From Eledone cirrhosa (lineage: Eukaryota): DNA of 64,000 bases. Below are positions 13,101 through 26,827 of this stretch, in pieces. The stretch spans positions 369,892,001 through 369,956,000 of the forward strand of contig OZ024743.1 of NCBI GenBank assembly GCA_964016885.1, given 5' to 3'. Made by a program: the position numbers and the translations under genes. The first letter of the stretch is position 1. Each line of letters begins with the position of its first letter. The notes below the pieces were generated by a model. The model worked only from the letters and a program-made list of their open reading frames with translations. It was not told the DNA's origin and searched no databases.

Positions 13101-13938
13101 ATGTCCGTGAGGGTGTATTTTTATAAGTTTGTGTTTGCGCGATTATAGTTATATACTCATAATAGTTATATACTCGTACATATAGATGTATGTATGTGCA
13201 CAATCATACGTGTCAGCGTGTAGAAAATCATAATCGCTCTCTATCTCCCTCATCACAAACTCTTTCATTCTATATATATATATTGTAGTTGAAGTAGTGG
13301 TGGTGGCAGCGATATACCGGAAGTGTAGAAATTTGAAACTTTGAAAAGAAGTTAATTTTAAATCATTTATATTTATGAAATTTAGTTACGAAATTTAGTA
13401 CATAAATTATGTAATATTCATTCATTATTTATTCAAAGTAATCCAACTTATTTTACTAACTGGATTAAAAGAAATAAACCATACGCAGTCCCGAAATCAA
13501 TTAAATAATTTAATGTAATTTAATCCTGGTTATTTTATTCTTCTTTATATGCTCTGTAATATTGCAAAGCTACTGTGATTGAAAATTTACCGATTGGATT
13601 AAACTCTGAACTGTCTTTTACCCATCTTGCTGTGGACTATAAAATCACATTTGAGTTTTGAATTATTCTTTGCCTTATATGGTTGTGTTATCATCTCGTC
13701 TAAACTTATATGGTTGTGTTATCATCTCGTCTAAACTCTTTTTTTATATTATATATATATATGAAGAGTGAGAAAAAGAAAACATGTAGATGTGTGCTGT
13801 TTTCAAGAGATGAGACAGCCTGACTCCTCACAAGCAATCAGCATAGATATAAGTCTTTCTAGCTGAGAAGTGGTTAGATAAGGTAATTGGGGTAGTTAGA
13901 AAAAATAACCGAATTATCAAACTCAGAATGGTCATGGG

Positions 13939-14385
13939 AAAGGGCCTTGTTTCAGGGTGGTAGATACCAGGGGACACGACCCCACCAATTTTTCAGGAAT
14001 GGGGACAAACCATCTTTTGTCCACCGCCTACTTTTTCCCAATTAAAAAACAAAGAAAATCCCACTAACAAGTCATACATATGTATAATACATATTTTTAC
14101 ATGTTTATTTATGTGCATATATTTATATGAATATATATTTGCTAATAATTTGAATGAGAATTGTATAACATTTTTATATGTATTTGTCTCAGTAAGTGAA
14201 TATAGATAAATAAACAATTCATTGTTTATCAAACTCACAATGGAAATGCAAATAATTCTATTTTCTACTCTTGAATTTCAGCTGTTTCCGTAGTATAAAA
14301 TATTCTCAATTGTTAAAGTTTCTGTCAACATATTCATTGATCACGACACTTATAAAAACCATCACCTTTTTCAAGTGAGATTTTT

Positions 14386-14462
<77 letters not shown>

Positions 14463-14471
14463 GTGTATATA

Positions 14472-14536
<65 letters not shown>

Positions 14537-17500
14537 CTTATTACTTTTTCTTGAGATCAATTTACATTTAGGACATTTTAAGAATTAATATAAATATTAT
14601 ATTCATAATATAAAACAAACATTTTAGAGATTTGTTGTAGAGTTAAATCTTAATAAATATTCTCTTTTTGAGAAAGAGGTTTTTCGAAGATAGTTCAATC
14701 GTCAAAACACATACACACTCATATATACAGGCCCACTGAGAGAGGTCAGCTGGGGCAGCACCCCGAGGCCCATGAGTTTAAGCGGCCCACAAGCCAGACA
14801 AGGAAAAAAATATGAGGGTGTACCTTAAATAAACTTAAAAGAAACAGAGTGCAGTATTTGCCGGTCGTGGATACTGCAATAGCAAATTTGAAAGATTCTT
14901 TAAGGAACGAAATACTTTTTTATAGAAATTATCATAGTGTATCATCTCACGAAGATCATCGTAAAAATATTCGGTGAAATGCAGCCAGAAGTCCGTCGCA
15001 TGTTTCCAAATATTGAGCTTTTGCTCAGGCTACTTTTAGTGTGTAGTGACCTACGTTCCTTGGGCTCATATATACATTCTCCGTGCGTTATTTGGCTCAG
15101 CTCAACCAATTGTCGCCAGCGGAGGAGAATGTATCTCTACATGCCCCGCAGGAAAAATTCCCGCGTCAGCCCAGAAATCTCTCTCTCTTGCAGCTTGCCG
15201 ACGCCAAGGTAAAGACCACTTATTCTTTTGCTCCGTAATCACAAACAATATGTAACGACAAAATATTACTACGGGCCTGGCCAAACGCCTCAGCCAGTCG
15301 ACCGTATTTTCTCTTGTAATCTTAATTGATTTATTTCATTTCTCTTGGCATGGCAGCTTAATCCACCTCTTAACCTTTGTTAATAAATAATGTAAAAACA
15401 AGCTAAAGTCGTTGTCGATATTCCTATCAAATCCTTCATCTAAGGTGGTTCCTTGTGGCACCATTACAATTCCTTATTGCTAAAGAGGTGATTATAAATA
15501 TTGCCAAATTGGTGACCCTCGACGGAGGAGTATTTAAGTATGAAATACTCCTTTAAAATATTAAAAAAAAATTTAATTAGCAGTGTTTCAAAAAATGAAA
15601 ATATATTTCAACACGAACACGAGGAAATTACTATCAAAATGGCTATCACCTCTACCAACAACAGCAGCAGCAACGACAACATCTTGGAAAGAAAAAAATT
15701 AGGTGTATTTTCAAAATTATAGTCCGGAAACATTTTTCTTTCGATACAGCTTCCTTCAATACCAACAAGCAAACACCAAACTCACGTGGTGACTTACGGC
15801 TCCTCAACGCTCGACTTCGCTTTGATAGCAACAACAACAACAACAACAACAATTCTACTAGCTTCCCAAAGAAAAGAAAAGGCGAACTTTTTGTTAAAAA
15901 ACAATTCTTTCTTTCTTTTTTTTACAGGCAATATTTGGACATTTATTTCTTTTAAACTGAAAATTCATTTTTTTTCTTCTATCATTGTATATATGACTGC
16001 AGGCACACCTTTTCTTTGCTGTATTACATGGCTGCATATGCACACACATTTCTTTGTCACACACCAACATGCTGTTGTCTATGGCATATGATCTCCAAGC
16101 GTCGTAATATTATGCGAGATCCCTTTTAACCTGGTGGAGGTACCAAAACATTCTGTCGACACTTGCAGCTTAATTCACCTGCGCCGCAACACGAGAATGC
16201 TAATTGCAGCTGGATTCAAACAGTTTCGCATCTCGTTGCACACTCATCGTCCTATAGCATAACAACCTCCATCTTGTTACCTTACCCGACTCACTGGGAA
16301 AACAACAAATGGAACTAGACCTATCAGCATTTCTACCATTTCTCCTATGGATCCGCCAGAATTATGGAATGACCACTTCAACTACTACCCACCTACAGAT
16401 TCAACTTGCTTTTTTCTTTTCAAAGCATCTAGCCATATTTTTTCCTGGCTGCCTAGCACTTCCAGCAATTCATCTGGGAGGCCGACAATTTCTTGCCAGC
16501 TCTGCTACAACATTTACCATAGCAGCTCTAGCTATGCAACTCTGGTATAACATTTACCATAACAGCTCTGGTATAACACTTACCATAACAGCTATACAGC
16601 TCTGGTATAACATTTACCATAACAGCGCTGGTAAAGCATGAACAGCACCATCATTGACAACAGCTACTGGTAAACTACCATAACAGCTTCATCCACAACT
16701 CTGGTACAGCACTTGCCATAACAGTTAACATTTAATGCAAGAACAGCAACTTCGCCCATGTCAGACTTTATCCGTTTTCTGTTAGACCCCGAGTGGTCAC
16801 GTATAAATAGCAAAACAGCTAGTCATTTGACACAGCGGCTCAACACGGCCCTTAGCGCCTCATTTTTCTTCTTGCATGCATTCTTTTGTTCAAATTTTTT
16901 TCTTTGATATGCTCTTTCAGCATTTTTCCTGCTGATTCAATTTTATATATCGTCTTACGACTAGGAAGGGGGTATTGTAGTGACTTACGTTCCTTGGGCT
17001 CATATATACATTCTCTGTGCGTTATTTGGCTCAGCTGAGCCAATCGCCGCCAGCGGAGGAGAATGTATCTCTACACGCTCTGCAGGAAAAATTCCTGCGT
17101 CAGCCCAGAAATCTCTCTCTCTCTTGCAGCTTGCCGACGCCAAGGTAAAGACCACTTATTCTTTTGCTCCGTAAGCACAAACAATATGTAACGACAAAAC
17201 ATTACTACGGACCTGACGGGCCTGGCCAAACGCCTCAGCCAGTCGACCGTATTTTCTCTTGTAATCTTAATTGATTTATTTCATTTCTCTTGGCATGCCA
17301 GTCTAATTCACTTCTTAACCTTTGTTAATAAATAATTTAAAAACAAGCTAAAGTCGTTGTCGATATTCCTATCATATCCTTCTTCTAAGGTGGTTCCTCG
17401 TGGCACCATTACAATTCCTTATTGCTAAAGAGGAGATTATAAATATTGCTAAAAGTGTTTCCAACCAGTTCTTGTGAAGCTGAAAGATCTTTTAGCGCTC

Positions 17501-17929
17501 TGCGGAGACTCAAAACTTGGCTGTGATCGACCATGACTCAGCAAAGGTTGAATCATATTCTAATATGCCACGTTCATAGAGATGTTTTGAAAAAGATTAG
17601 TTGTGAAGAAGTTGCTAAATTATTTATTGACAGCAATGATGCGAGATACAATACATTTAGAAAGTTCTAAAAGACAATAAATTTACTTTATATTTTTTTT
17701 TATTCAAACGTCTATGTTTTATTTTTTGTTTATTTGATATAACAAATTCTTTTTAAGCCTTTTTTTTATATCTGAAATTCATTTGAATATATAAAATTTA
17801 ATTAGCATAAAATTTTACTTATGGGATAGGGTCTGGAAAAGGCACTATAAGCAATACTAACATGCGCCTTTAAGAATCAACAAATTTTGGTTTGTCCTCC
17901 TCACATTTTTAAGGCAAACGAGGCCTCTG
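13939..17929 (+). mobile_element. hAT DNA transposon remnant (C-terminal dimerisation domain) interrupted by an LTR element
   Basis: 8-bp TSD GTCATGGG (13931-13938) / GTCATAGG (17930-17937) and imperfect TIRs. Removing the LTR element restores MFPNIELLLRLLLV|FPTSSCEAERSFSALRRLKTWL*STMTQQRLNH in frame. Confidence 0.85.
15042..17453 (+). mobile_element. Non-autonomous Gypsy-type LTR retroelement (LTRs 15042-15508 and 16976-17453)
   Basis: Direct LTRs starting TGTAG, 4-bp TSD AGTG, PBS TGGTGACCCTCGACG (tRNA-Trp-like) at 15510, and PPT AGGAAGGGGG before LTR2. The internal 1.47 kb has no intact ORF. Confidence 0.9.
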
Positions 17930-18864
17930 GTCATAGGCCATAGAAAGACAATGGCTATCTATACTTAAGCACCACAACCAGGATTAAGTAAAGAACAAAA
18001 ATACCATATCTATTTGAAACACTTACATGGTTATGAATACTAAGGCCTTTCCTGGTGATGAATGCACACCCTCCAATATAAGTTAGTTATTAGTGATATC
18101 AATAAAAACTAGGTAATATCAGAAATGCAGGAAATTCCGAAGAAGGAGGTTATGGGGATAAAAAATCTCCGTTAAATATAAGTTTGAACTTATATTTAAC
18201 AGTGAGAACTTTACTGAACAGTAATGTTCTACATGGCATGTACGAGAGGGAGGAGGAGATTGACACATATGACATAGAGGATAATTGGAACCTTCTACAC
18301 GACAACCTACTACAGGCCCCTTACAAGAATTGTAGCTGGAGCAAGGTACCAGTTAGATGAAGGGTGACATGGTTGTAGGACAGTGCAGTAGACAGTCAAT
18401 AAAGCTAAGAGACAGACAGAGCCATTAAAGCTAAGAGACAGACATGGTAAGACTAGAAAATAGGAGTAGTGAAGGACAATATATCAGTTAACTAAAAAAG
18501 AAACTAGACGATAAGCATGTAAAGAAGTTGAGAGCAGGAAGCTTGCCAATGTTATGAGATATGAGGGCCAAAGGCATGAGGTATTCTGCAGGGCAAAGCA
18601 GTGTGCAAAGCAGAATATTGTTGGGTAAAAATGTATTTTGGAATGACAGAATGAAGATCAGAAGAAAGAGGTTTGTAAATTTTATTACGAGAGGTCGGAG
18701 AATGAGTGGAAGGTGTTATTCAATGACTAGTGTAGAAGTATAATCATTTAATTGCAACAAAGGAAAAAGTTTACCAGCTGTCTGTTCTCGCCTAAGTTTA
18801 TAATAGTTGAAATCTAACTGATTTCTAATTGAATAAAATGTTTGTTTTTGTTTTGTCTTGACAG

Positions 18865-19171
18865 GAGAAGGGTTTGTATTTGGTGATGTGGCTTTGATAC
18901 GGGATTGCACACGAACAGCATCAGTACTGGCAGATGAAGAGTGTGATCTTCTGGTTCTGAATAGACTCCTATATAACCGAACAGTACGAGAAGTACTCAA
19001 TCTAGAATGGCAAGAAAAAACACAGTTTGTCCAAAGAAATCCAATGTTCAAAGAATGGTCACCTAAACATTGTAAACAACTTGTTATATCTTTACGAAAG
19101 GAATCATATCAGTTTGGAGCAATAATTGCTCGACAAGGGCAACCCGTACAAAACTTATATTTCATATTAAA
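18865..19171 (+). CDS. Internal exon of a cyclic nucleotide-binding domain protein (CNBD2-like, tandem CNB domains)
   Basis: Polypyrimidine tract plus ACAG acceptor and GTAAGT donor. Encodes GEGFVFGDVALIRDCTRTASVLADEECDLLVL (phosphate-binding cassette) and IIARQGQPVQNLYFILK (start of a second CNB domain). Confidence 0.92.
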
Positions 19172-19779
19172 GTAAGTATACTATGGGTTATGTTGTTTAG
19201 CAATAATTTTTTTCTCTCAAATTTAATGGCCAAAAGAAGTAACTATTAGGCTATGAATTCAGATCATGAATGCTTTACATTTGCTTGATTTGCTCTTGTT
19301 CTCCTGAAACTGGTTGAGTTGTTGTTTTAGAAAAAGATATTGACTATACTTGCATATGTAGACCCAGGTAAAAATCTATATAGAGAGACTAATGTTATAT
19401 CCAGTATAACTGTTTCTTATTTGTTTGATTGAGTGTCGATACAAACATATTGTTATGGCCAATGATTTTTTTTCTATTAGCTTTGTTTATAATTGTTTTA
19501 AAATCATACATAAGAAACATTGCAAAATAAAGATGATGTACGTAGGAGTGGATTGTGTCTAGGTAGCTGGGGAAAGCAATGAACAAGTTTGAGTTTTATT
19601 AGATTTCAGCAAAGAATATTCTGCTCAACTGATCAATATATATAGAAACTGAGGGAATATAGTGGTATTAGTTATTGACATCAACAATATGGCTGAAGGA
19701 AAGTACCTTACTAAATACAAACGAGTCAATTTAACTGATGATACCCCCCCCCCACACACACACCTGAATGTTTGGCCTT

Positions 19780-22700
19780 ATTATCATCATCATCATCATC
19801 ATTACCATTTAGCATTGATTTTCCATGCTGCATGGGTTAGATGGGTCATCCATGCAAGGAGACTAGTCTGGCAAGAATTGGCCATACCATTCCTTTCTCC
19901 AACATGACTGTAAATTTGACCGGAGATTTTAAAGCTGGATACCCTTCCTAACACCAACCACATTAACAGTGTGAAACTGAATGGCACCATTATAAAGAGG
20001 AACAGGCCAGCAGAACCATAGTTTGGGAACCGCAACCACATTTACAGCACGGTACTAGATGGTGCCACTATGGGGATGGACAGACCAGTCGGCCACACTG
20101 AACCCATCTCACAGTAGAACAATAGTTTTGGAGCCCAATACAGGATGGCACGGCTACGAGGAAGAACAGGCCAGTTGGCTGCACCAAACCCTACTCACAG
20201 AAGAACCATAGTCTGTGAACCACAACCACGTTTACAGCCCAGTACTGGATGGTACCGTTATGAGGAGAGACAGGATAGTTGGCTGTGCCGAACCCCTTTC
20301 ACAGCGGAACCACAGTCTGGGAGCCTGGAACTGGATGTTACCACTATGAGGAAGGACAGGCCAAATGGCTGCGTTGAAACCTTCTCACAGCGGAACCACA
20401 ATTCAAGAGCTGCAAACACCTTTGCAGTGCAGAACTGGATGGCACTGCTATGAGGAGAGACAGGCCAGTTGGCCATGCTGAACCCATTTCATAGTGGAAT
20501 CACAGTTTGGGAGCCTGGGACTGGATTGCACCACTATAAAGAGGGACAGGCAAGTTGGCCGCGCCAAACTCTTTTTGCAGAAGAACCATAGTTTTGGTAC
20601 CACAACCACATTTACTGTGTGGCTGCAACGAACCCTTCACACTGTGGAATCACAGTTTGGGAGCCTGTAACTTGATGGTACCGCTATCAGGAGGGAGAGG
20701 CCATTTAGCCCTTTAGCTATGCTGAACCCATCACACAGTGGACCCCTAATTCAGGTTTCGCATGGCACTGCTATGAGGAGGAACAGGGCAGTTGACCACT
20801 CTAAACGCTTCTCACAGTGGAGTCACAGATCGGGAGCCTGGACTGGGTGGTATTGCTATTGCTATAAGGAGGGACAGGCCAGTTGACTGTGCTGAGCCTT
20901 TTACACAGCAGAACCGCTGGCTGCACTGAACTCTTCTCACAGCGGACCCATACTTTATAAGGAAGGTTGGGCCAGTTGGCTGCATCAAGCCTTACTCATA
21001 AGTTACTGGGTGGGCCTGCTATCACCGTGTTTGCGGTGTGGGGCTGGGTGGCACCGTTATGAGCCGAATCTAGGGTTGAGTTGTCAACATGGGTCTTTTG
21101 ACGTACATTGTTGCACCAGAGGATTAAGTGCTGTGTCATCCTCATTGGCAGATTCAGTTGAGTCAGGTCTGCCTTTATCATTTCATCTCATGTCTTCCTG
21201 TGTCTTCCTCTTTTTGGGCATCCTGTACCTCTTTAAACAGCTTTCATCCTTCATGTGCCTCACATGACCATACCACTGCAGTCTTCTCTCCCGTACACAG
21301 CATTTGATCACTCTTATGCCCAGTTTCACCCTTAATATATTTACACTTTGCCGTTCATGTACACTTCTCTTACACAGCCATCTGATCATGCCGGCTTCAT
21401 TTCTTCCTAATCTCCGTAGGTGCTTGGCATGCAGAGCCCATGTTTTGCTACCATGTAGCATTACTGAGTGCATGCAGGCATCATGCAGCCTGCCTTTTAT
21501 CTTGAGTGAGAGACCTTTTCTAGTTGGTAGTGGCAGTAGCTCTCTGAACTTTTTCTATCCTGCTTTTACTATGGCAACTGTGCTTTCTGCACAACACCTC
21601 CACAGCTGATTTGGCCACCAAGATAGCAGAAGCTATCAACTATTTCTATGGGGTATTCAGTGCAATTGAAGTGACATGCTATCTGAGAGTCTTTGCTTAC
21701 TACCTCTGTGCAGGGTTCACATATGAAGTCCATTTTTTTGCTAATCTGCCTGCTTTCCTACTACACCTCTTGTTAAACCCACTCTTTGCATTTGGGACAC
21801 TGGATAGAATTTTTGCCTACTCTTTTCCTGCATACCGTGCAGGGCCTTTTCCCAGAGGGTATCAGAGCTCTGTTTCCTCTACTGCTCACAAGGATTTTGG
21901 TCTTAGTCAGATTGACTTTGAGGCCTTTTATTTCTAAGTTGTGCCTTCGTGTCTGAAATTTCTTCTCTAATTCTGTCGAAGAATCGACTAAGAGATTCAG
22001 GTCATTGGCGTATAGTAGTTCCAAAGGGCAACCAGTCTTAAATTCCTCTGTTATAGCCTGTAGAACAATAATGAAGAGGAAGGGGCTAAGGATGGAACCC
22101 TGGTAAACTGCCACCTGTACGCTGAATTCCACACTGTATTCATTGTTGATTTTAACTTTGCTGGTGGCCCCTCTGTACATGGCCTGTACTGCTCTTATGA
22201 GCCACTCATCTACACCTTGTTCTCTGAAGTCCCACCATATTATGGGTCAAGGAACTCTGTGTTAAAAGGTTTCTCTAGTGCACAAATGCTAGGTAAAGTG
22301 GCTTGCTTTTAATCAAGTACTTCTCCTGCAATTGCTTCACATGGAATAAGGCATCAGTGGTGCTGTTCCCAGCACAGATCCAAACTGTATCTCATCTAAG
22401 TGTATATAATCTCTTATCAGTAGTTCTATGACTCTTTCTGTAACTTTCATGACCTGGTCAGTCAGCTTTATGCCTCTGTAGTTACTTCTCTCTGGAGCAT
22501 CTCCTTTACCCTTGTAGCAATTGACGATGATTTTGTTATTCCAATCTCTGGGAATGACACCATTCTGTATTACTTAGTTTACAATAATGGGGGTTAGGGT
22601 GTGTCCAACCATCACAGATGATTTCAACATCTCAGCAATTACATCCAATGGTCCGGCTGTTTTACCCGTCTTCATGCTCTTAATTGCCTTACTTACTAGG

Positions 22701-22820
22701 TTGCTGTTACACGTACAGCTGGACCTTCTGTTGGGTGTGCTTTGGGCAGGTTGTATACTTCCCAAGTGTTTTCTTCGTTCATCAGCCTCATATAGTGGCA
22801 TTTCCAAGCAGCTTTCTTTT
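19780..22820 (-). mobile_element. RTE-clade LINE with an expanded minisatellite in its 3' UTR
   Basis: Minus ORFs 21773-22180 and 21183-21473 carry RT motifs. (CAT)n tail at about 19783-19802. Confidence 0.9.
19975..21065. repeat. Degenerate minisatellite with about 70-95 bp units
   Basis: Recurring CCACTATGAGGAGGGACAGGCCAGTTGGC...GAACC...TCACAG...GGAACCACAGTTTGGGAGCC, roughly a dozen copies. Confidence 0.85.
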
Positions 22821-22829
22821 CAGTGTCAG

Positions 22830-23110
22830 TGAATGCAAGTGTAACTCCATTCCGGAACATGTCAGAAATATATCAGGATGCAGTGTGGAATCATTCAAAT
22901 TGCAGCTGGATAGATACTTAAGCACCATTAGAGATAAACCCCATCTCCCAGGATATACACAACGAGCACAAACTGACTCAAACTCGCTCCTACACATGTC
23001 AAAATTAAACAGAGAATCCAACCTGGCAACCACACCAGACTCTGAGGGTGGAGTCTTCGACTTGTCCTGAGCATGGACTCAAACTCAAATGAAATGAAAT
23101 GAAATGAAAT
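22830..23110 (+). mobile_element. CR1/L2-group LINE 3' terminal fragment
   Basis: NSIPEHVRNISGCSVESFKLQLDRYLSTIRDKP...SNSL motif followed by a (GAAAT)n tail. Confidence 0.7.
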
Positions 23111-23269
23111 ATATATTGAGTATGGCCATTGCACGATATAACATTATTAATAATTATCAATTAATGCTATCGTGCAATGCCTGTGCATGAAGATTTTTAT
23201 AAAGTGAGGAAAGACTGTGCACTGAGCCAATCCCATGCTCTGAGCGACAGTAGCTAAACCCGAAAAGAA

Positions 23270-23640
23270 GAGAACATCAACATCATTGGTAACTACTGAG
23301 CCGCAGGTTTTATGTTGGAGTTATCCCAGTTTCATGAGTTGTCTTCTCATAGAAGAATACCCTGACAAAGGCTAGGGATCCTTCACTCCCAGTGGTTTAA
23401 CCACGCGATCAGGTAGCCAGCCCGATTATTTCTATGTCCCTGTGCATAAACATACACATACATACATGTATATACATATTTACAGATTTTTGGATGGCCG
23501 TTGACTCTTATGAGTTCTTCCGCCCTTTGTCAGGCTTTGCTTTTTGTCCGGCAGGGTGTCCAAAATCTTCGACGACCTGATCATGCAACAGGTTCTAGTG
23601 GGTTACATGGTACCAGTAGCACTCAAGAGTGACCCGACAG
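23270..23640 (-). mobile_element. Probable RTE/RTEX 5' UTR fragment
   Basis: Minus-strand CCCTAGCCTTTGTCAGG...GAGAAGACAACTC and AAAGCCTGACAAAGGGCGGAAG...AGAGTCAACGGCCA resemble RTE-group leaders (recalled similarity, not aligned). Confidence 0.4.
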
Positions 23641-23676
23641 AACATATATACATACATACACACATATATATATATA

Positions 23677-24917
23677 TTAGGTTGTCTCACATGAAATGTC
23701 GTATTTGAAATGGAAAGAATAAAATTGTTTTTAAGTGTTTAATTTATTCAAAATATGATCCTTGTTTACATATGACCTTCGCCCAACGTTCCTCTAAGGC
23801 ATATATTCCATCTTCAAAGAATTGATTATCTTTTGTACTGATAAACTGTCCGAATGCTTCAATTACCTCTTCTCTATTTAAGAATGTTTTAATGCGTATA
23901 AAAAGCTGAAAAGGCTTAAATAAGTGATAATCAGTAGGAGAGATATCAAGGGAATAGGGAGGATGTTGCAAAATTTCATAATTCAGACTTTGCAACTTGT
24001 GGACCGTAGCTTGAGAGGTGTGAGGCCGTGCATTATCCTGAAGCAAAATTGGGCCATCTCTATTCACTAGTCTGGGATGTTTCTTCTTCAATATTTCATG
24101 TATACGATCAATTTCCTGACAATATGATGTTGCTGTTACAATATTGCCTTGTTGCAAAAATGAATAATGAATAATCCCCTTTGCAGACCACCATACAGTG
24201 ACCATCAACTTCTTAGGGTGCAATGGTGGTTTCGGGTAGTGTTTCGGTGACTCTTCTGCATCTAACCACTGTCCAGTCCTTCTGCTGTTATCGAAGAGTA
24301 TCCATTTCTCATCACACGTAATGAGTCGATGCAAAAATGGATCTCTTTCGAGCCGAGAAACCAACATTGAGCACACTATAAGACGCCTGTTTCTTTGAAT
24401 CTCATTAAGTTGATGTGGAACAAACCTGTCCATCTTTTTGACTTTTCCAATTTTCTTCAGGTGTCGAGAAACAGTTGAGCGAGATTTCTGGAGCTCAGAT
24501 GAGATTTTTTTGAAACCGTTGTTCTCTGATTTTGTTTAACCAAAGCATTCAATTCATCATGGCGAATTACTGATATGGGTCTCCCTCTCGGTTCATTTTT
24601 AAGGCTCTCATTTCCTGAACGAAATCTTTGAAACCATCTCTGAACAGTTCTGGTGTCAACAGAATCGTTACCAAAAGCTCGCTTAATGTTTCGTAGGGCT
24701 TCTGAGGCCGAGTGACCCATCTTGTATTCGTACAAGAAAACCACTCGGTATTGTTCAGTTGTCAACATTGTCATAGGATTGTGGGTAGCGATTTTGAATG
24801 GTAATATTGTCTGGAATAAAAGATAGTTAAGATTAAACACAAGCTTACACATAATCGAGCTTATAAATGGCTGATAAAGAAACTTATTAAAAATACATTT
24901 CATGTGAGACAACCTAA
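23677..24917 (-). mobile_element. Full-length mariner (DD34D) element, 1241 bp, transposase with one frameshift
   Basis: TIRs TTAGGTTGTCTCACATGAAATGT with TA flanks. HTH region TVQRWFQRFRSG and catalytic motifs TCDEKW, QDNARPH and YSLDISPTDYHLF. ORFs 24457-24936 and 23744-24433 are out of frame. Confidence 0.96.
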
Positions 24918-24971
24918 TATATATACACACACACACATATGTGTGTGTATGTGCGTGTATGTGTCTGTGTA

Positions 24972-25007
<36 letters not shown>

Positions 25008-25503
25008 TTGGTGTGTGCGTGTGTCCGTGTCCGTGTGTGTGTTATGTATATATTAAATGACAATATTGATTAGAGCAGTGTTGTAAGTATTCACAAGAGC
25101 CTTCCAGTTTTGCTTCCTGACTCCATTTTCTGTAGATATTGACCTACAGATATTCCAACTTGGCATCATTCAAATCATTCACACCAGCTAGAGAAGGCTA
25201 TGGACTCTGCTCATTCTAGTCTGGCTAATTTAAAATAAACGAAAACAAAACAAACAACAACAATAGTAGAGTTCACAGCTTTGTTTCTAATCTCAACTGT
25301 AGCTATTTCATTTCATATACATCCTATAATAACTGTAAGGTCGACAACATTGTTTCCATTCTTAACTGTAGCTATTTTATTTCATATATATCATATATGA
25401 GGATTGAATCTGACAGCAAGAAAGAGCAATTAAATCGGCCTCAAATCGTTACGTGCCGTTTTAAAAAGAGAAGGGTACATTAGACAATGTAATCTTAGAT
25501 ACA

Positions 25504-25765
25504 TTAACTCTTTAAATTCCTAACCATCTAAAACTGGCCCTGATTCTATGATATAAAACTTTATTTCAAATTGCTTATATTTATCTAAAAATCTGCTATC
25601 ATAATTTGATGTAACAACTTTCGTTATATTATGCTCGAAACATCAGTTTCAAAATGAGAAAGTTAGTTATTTTACTAAATCCTTTCGAATAGTTGATTCT
25701 TTTCAAAATCATTTCAAAATAATAGACATTATCTTATATTAGAAATATGGCAATAGAAAGATTAA
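25504..25765. mobile_element. Possible degraded TTAA-flanked (piggyBac-type) MITE
   Basis: TTAACTCTTT at one end and AAAGATTAA at the other. Confidence 0.3.
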
Positions 25766-25814
25766 GTATGAAAAAAAAAAAAAAAAAAAAAATAGGCTTA
25801 TCACAACTAGAACA

Positions 25815-26745
25815 TCATCATCATCATCATCATCATCACCGTTTTACGTCCGTTCTTCTACGCTAGCATGGGTTAGATGGGTTGTCCTGTTGTGGGCGCT
25901 GTTGGGTTGGGTGACCTTGTCTTGCTCATACGGGAACTGATTTTAGTTTTAGCTTGATTTCTACAGCTGGATACCCTTCCTAACTCCAACCTCATTTACA
26001 GTGAGTGTTGGGTACTTTTTTTCCATGGCGCCTACACGACCACTTTACAGTGTGGGCTGGGTGCTTTTTTGTTGTGACACCTCTACGACCACTTTGCTGT
26101 GGGATGTGATGGGAGCCTATTGTCTATATGATTCAGCTTCGGCTTGTTGCTGTGTCATGGTCCTGTGTCATCGCTGATGAGAGGTGCAATTGGGCAAGGT
26201 CCGCTTTTATCACCCTGTCCCAGGTCTTTCTGGGTCCCCCCACTCCATGGCTTCCATCAACTTTTAATGCTCTGCACCTTTTTATGCAGCTGTCATCCTT
26301 CATACGCATCACATGTCCATACCAACGCATCCGCCTCTCCTGCACACAGCATGTGATTCCTCTGTTGCCCAGTCTCTCTCTCAGCTCGTTTATGTTTTGC
26401 CGTTCACGTATATTACTATTACAGATCCATCGGAGCAGGGAGGGTTCGTTTCTTTCTAATCTACGCAAGTCTTCTGCACACAGCACCCAGGTCTCACTAC
26501 CATGTAACATCGCTGTTCCTATGCATGCATCATACAGTCTGCCTTTCATTTTGAGGGAAAAGCCTTTTGCAGCTAGCAGTGGTAGTAGCTCCCTGAACTT
26601 CTTCCATCCCGTTTTTACCCTGGTTACTGTACTTTCAGAACACCCACCTCCGCTAGTAATTTGGTCACCTAGGTAGCAGAAGCTGTCTACTGTTTCTAAA
26701 GAGCCCTCCCAGAGTTTGGTCGTGCTTGTTTCCTGTGGCTGTTGT
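25815..26745 (-). mobile_element. RTE LINE 3' fragment
   Basis: ORF 26133-26549 is the RT C-terminus, with a (CAT)n tail at 25815. Confidence 0.92.
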
Positions 26746-26827
26746 GATTATAAGTTTGATAAATAATGGATAATATATGGCTAATCAAAATGTATTTCTT
26801 TATTTAACATTATTACTTTATTTTCAG

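Larger units (their letters stand above)
13770..18750 (+). mobile_element. Old RTE fragment (13770-13938 and 17930-18750) split by the hAT insertion
   Basis: LAEKWLDKVI lies before the insertion and VIGHRKTMAIYT*APQPGL after it, continuing the endonuclease domain. Confidence 0.65.
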
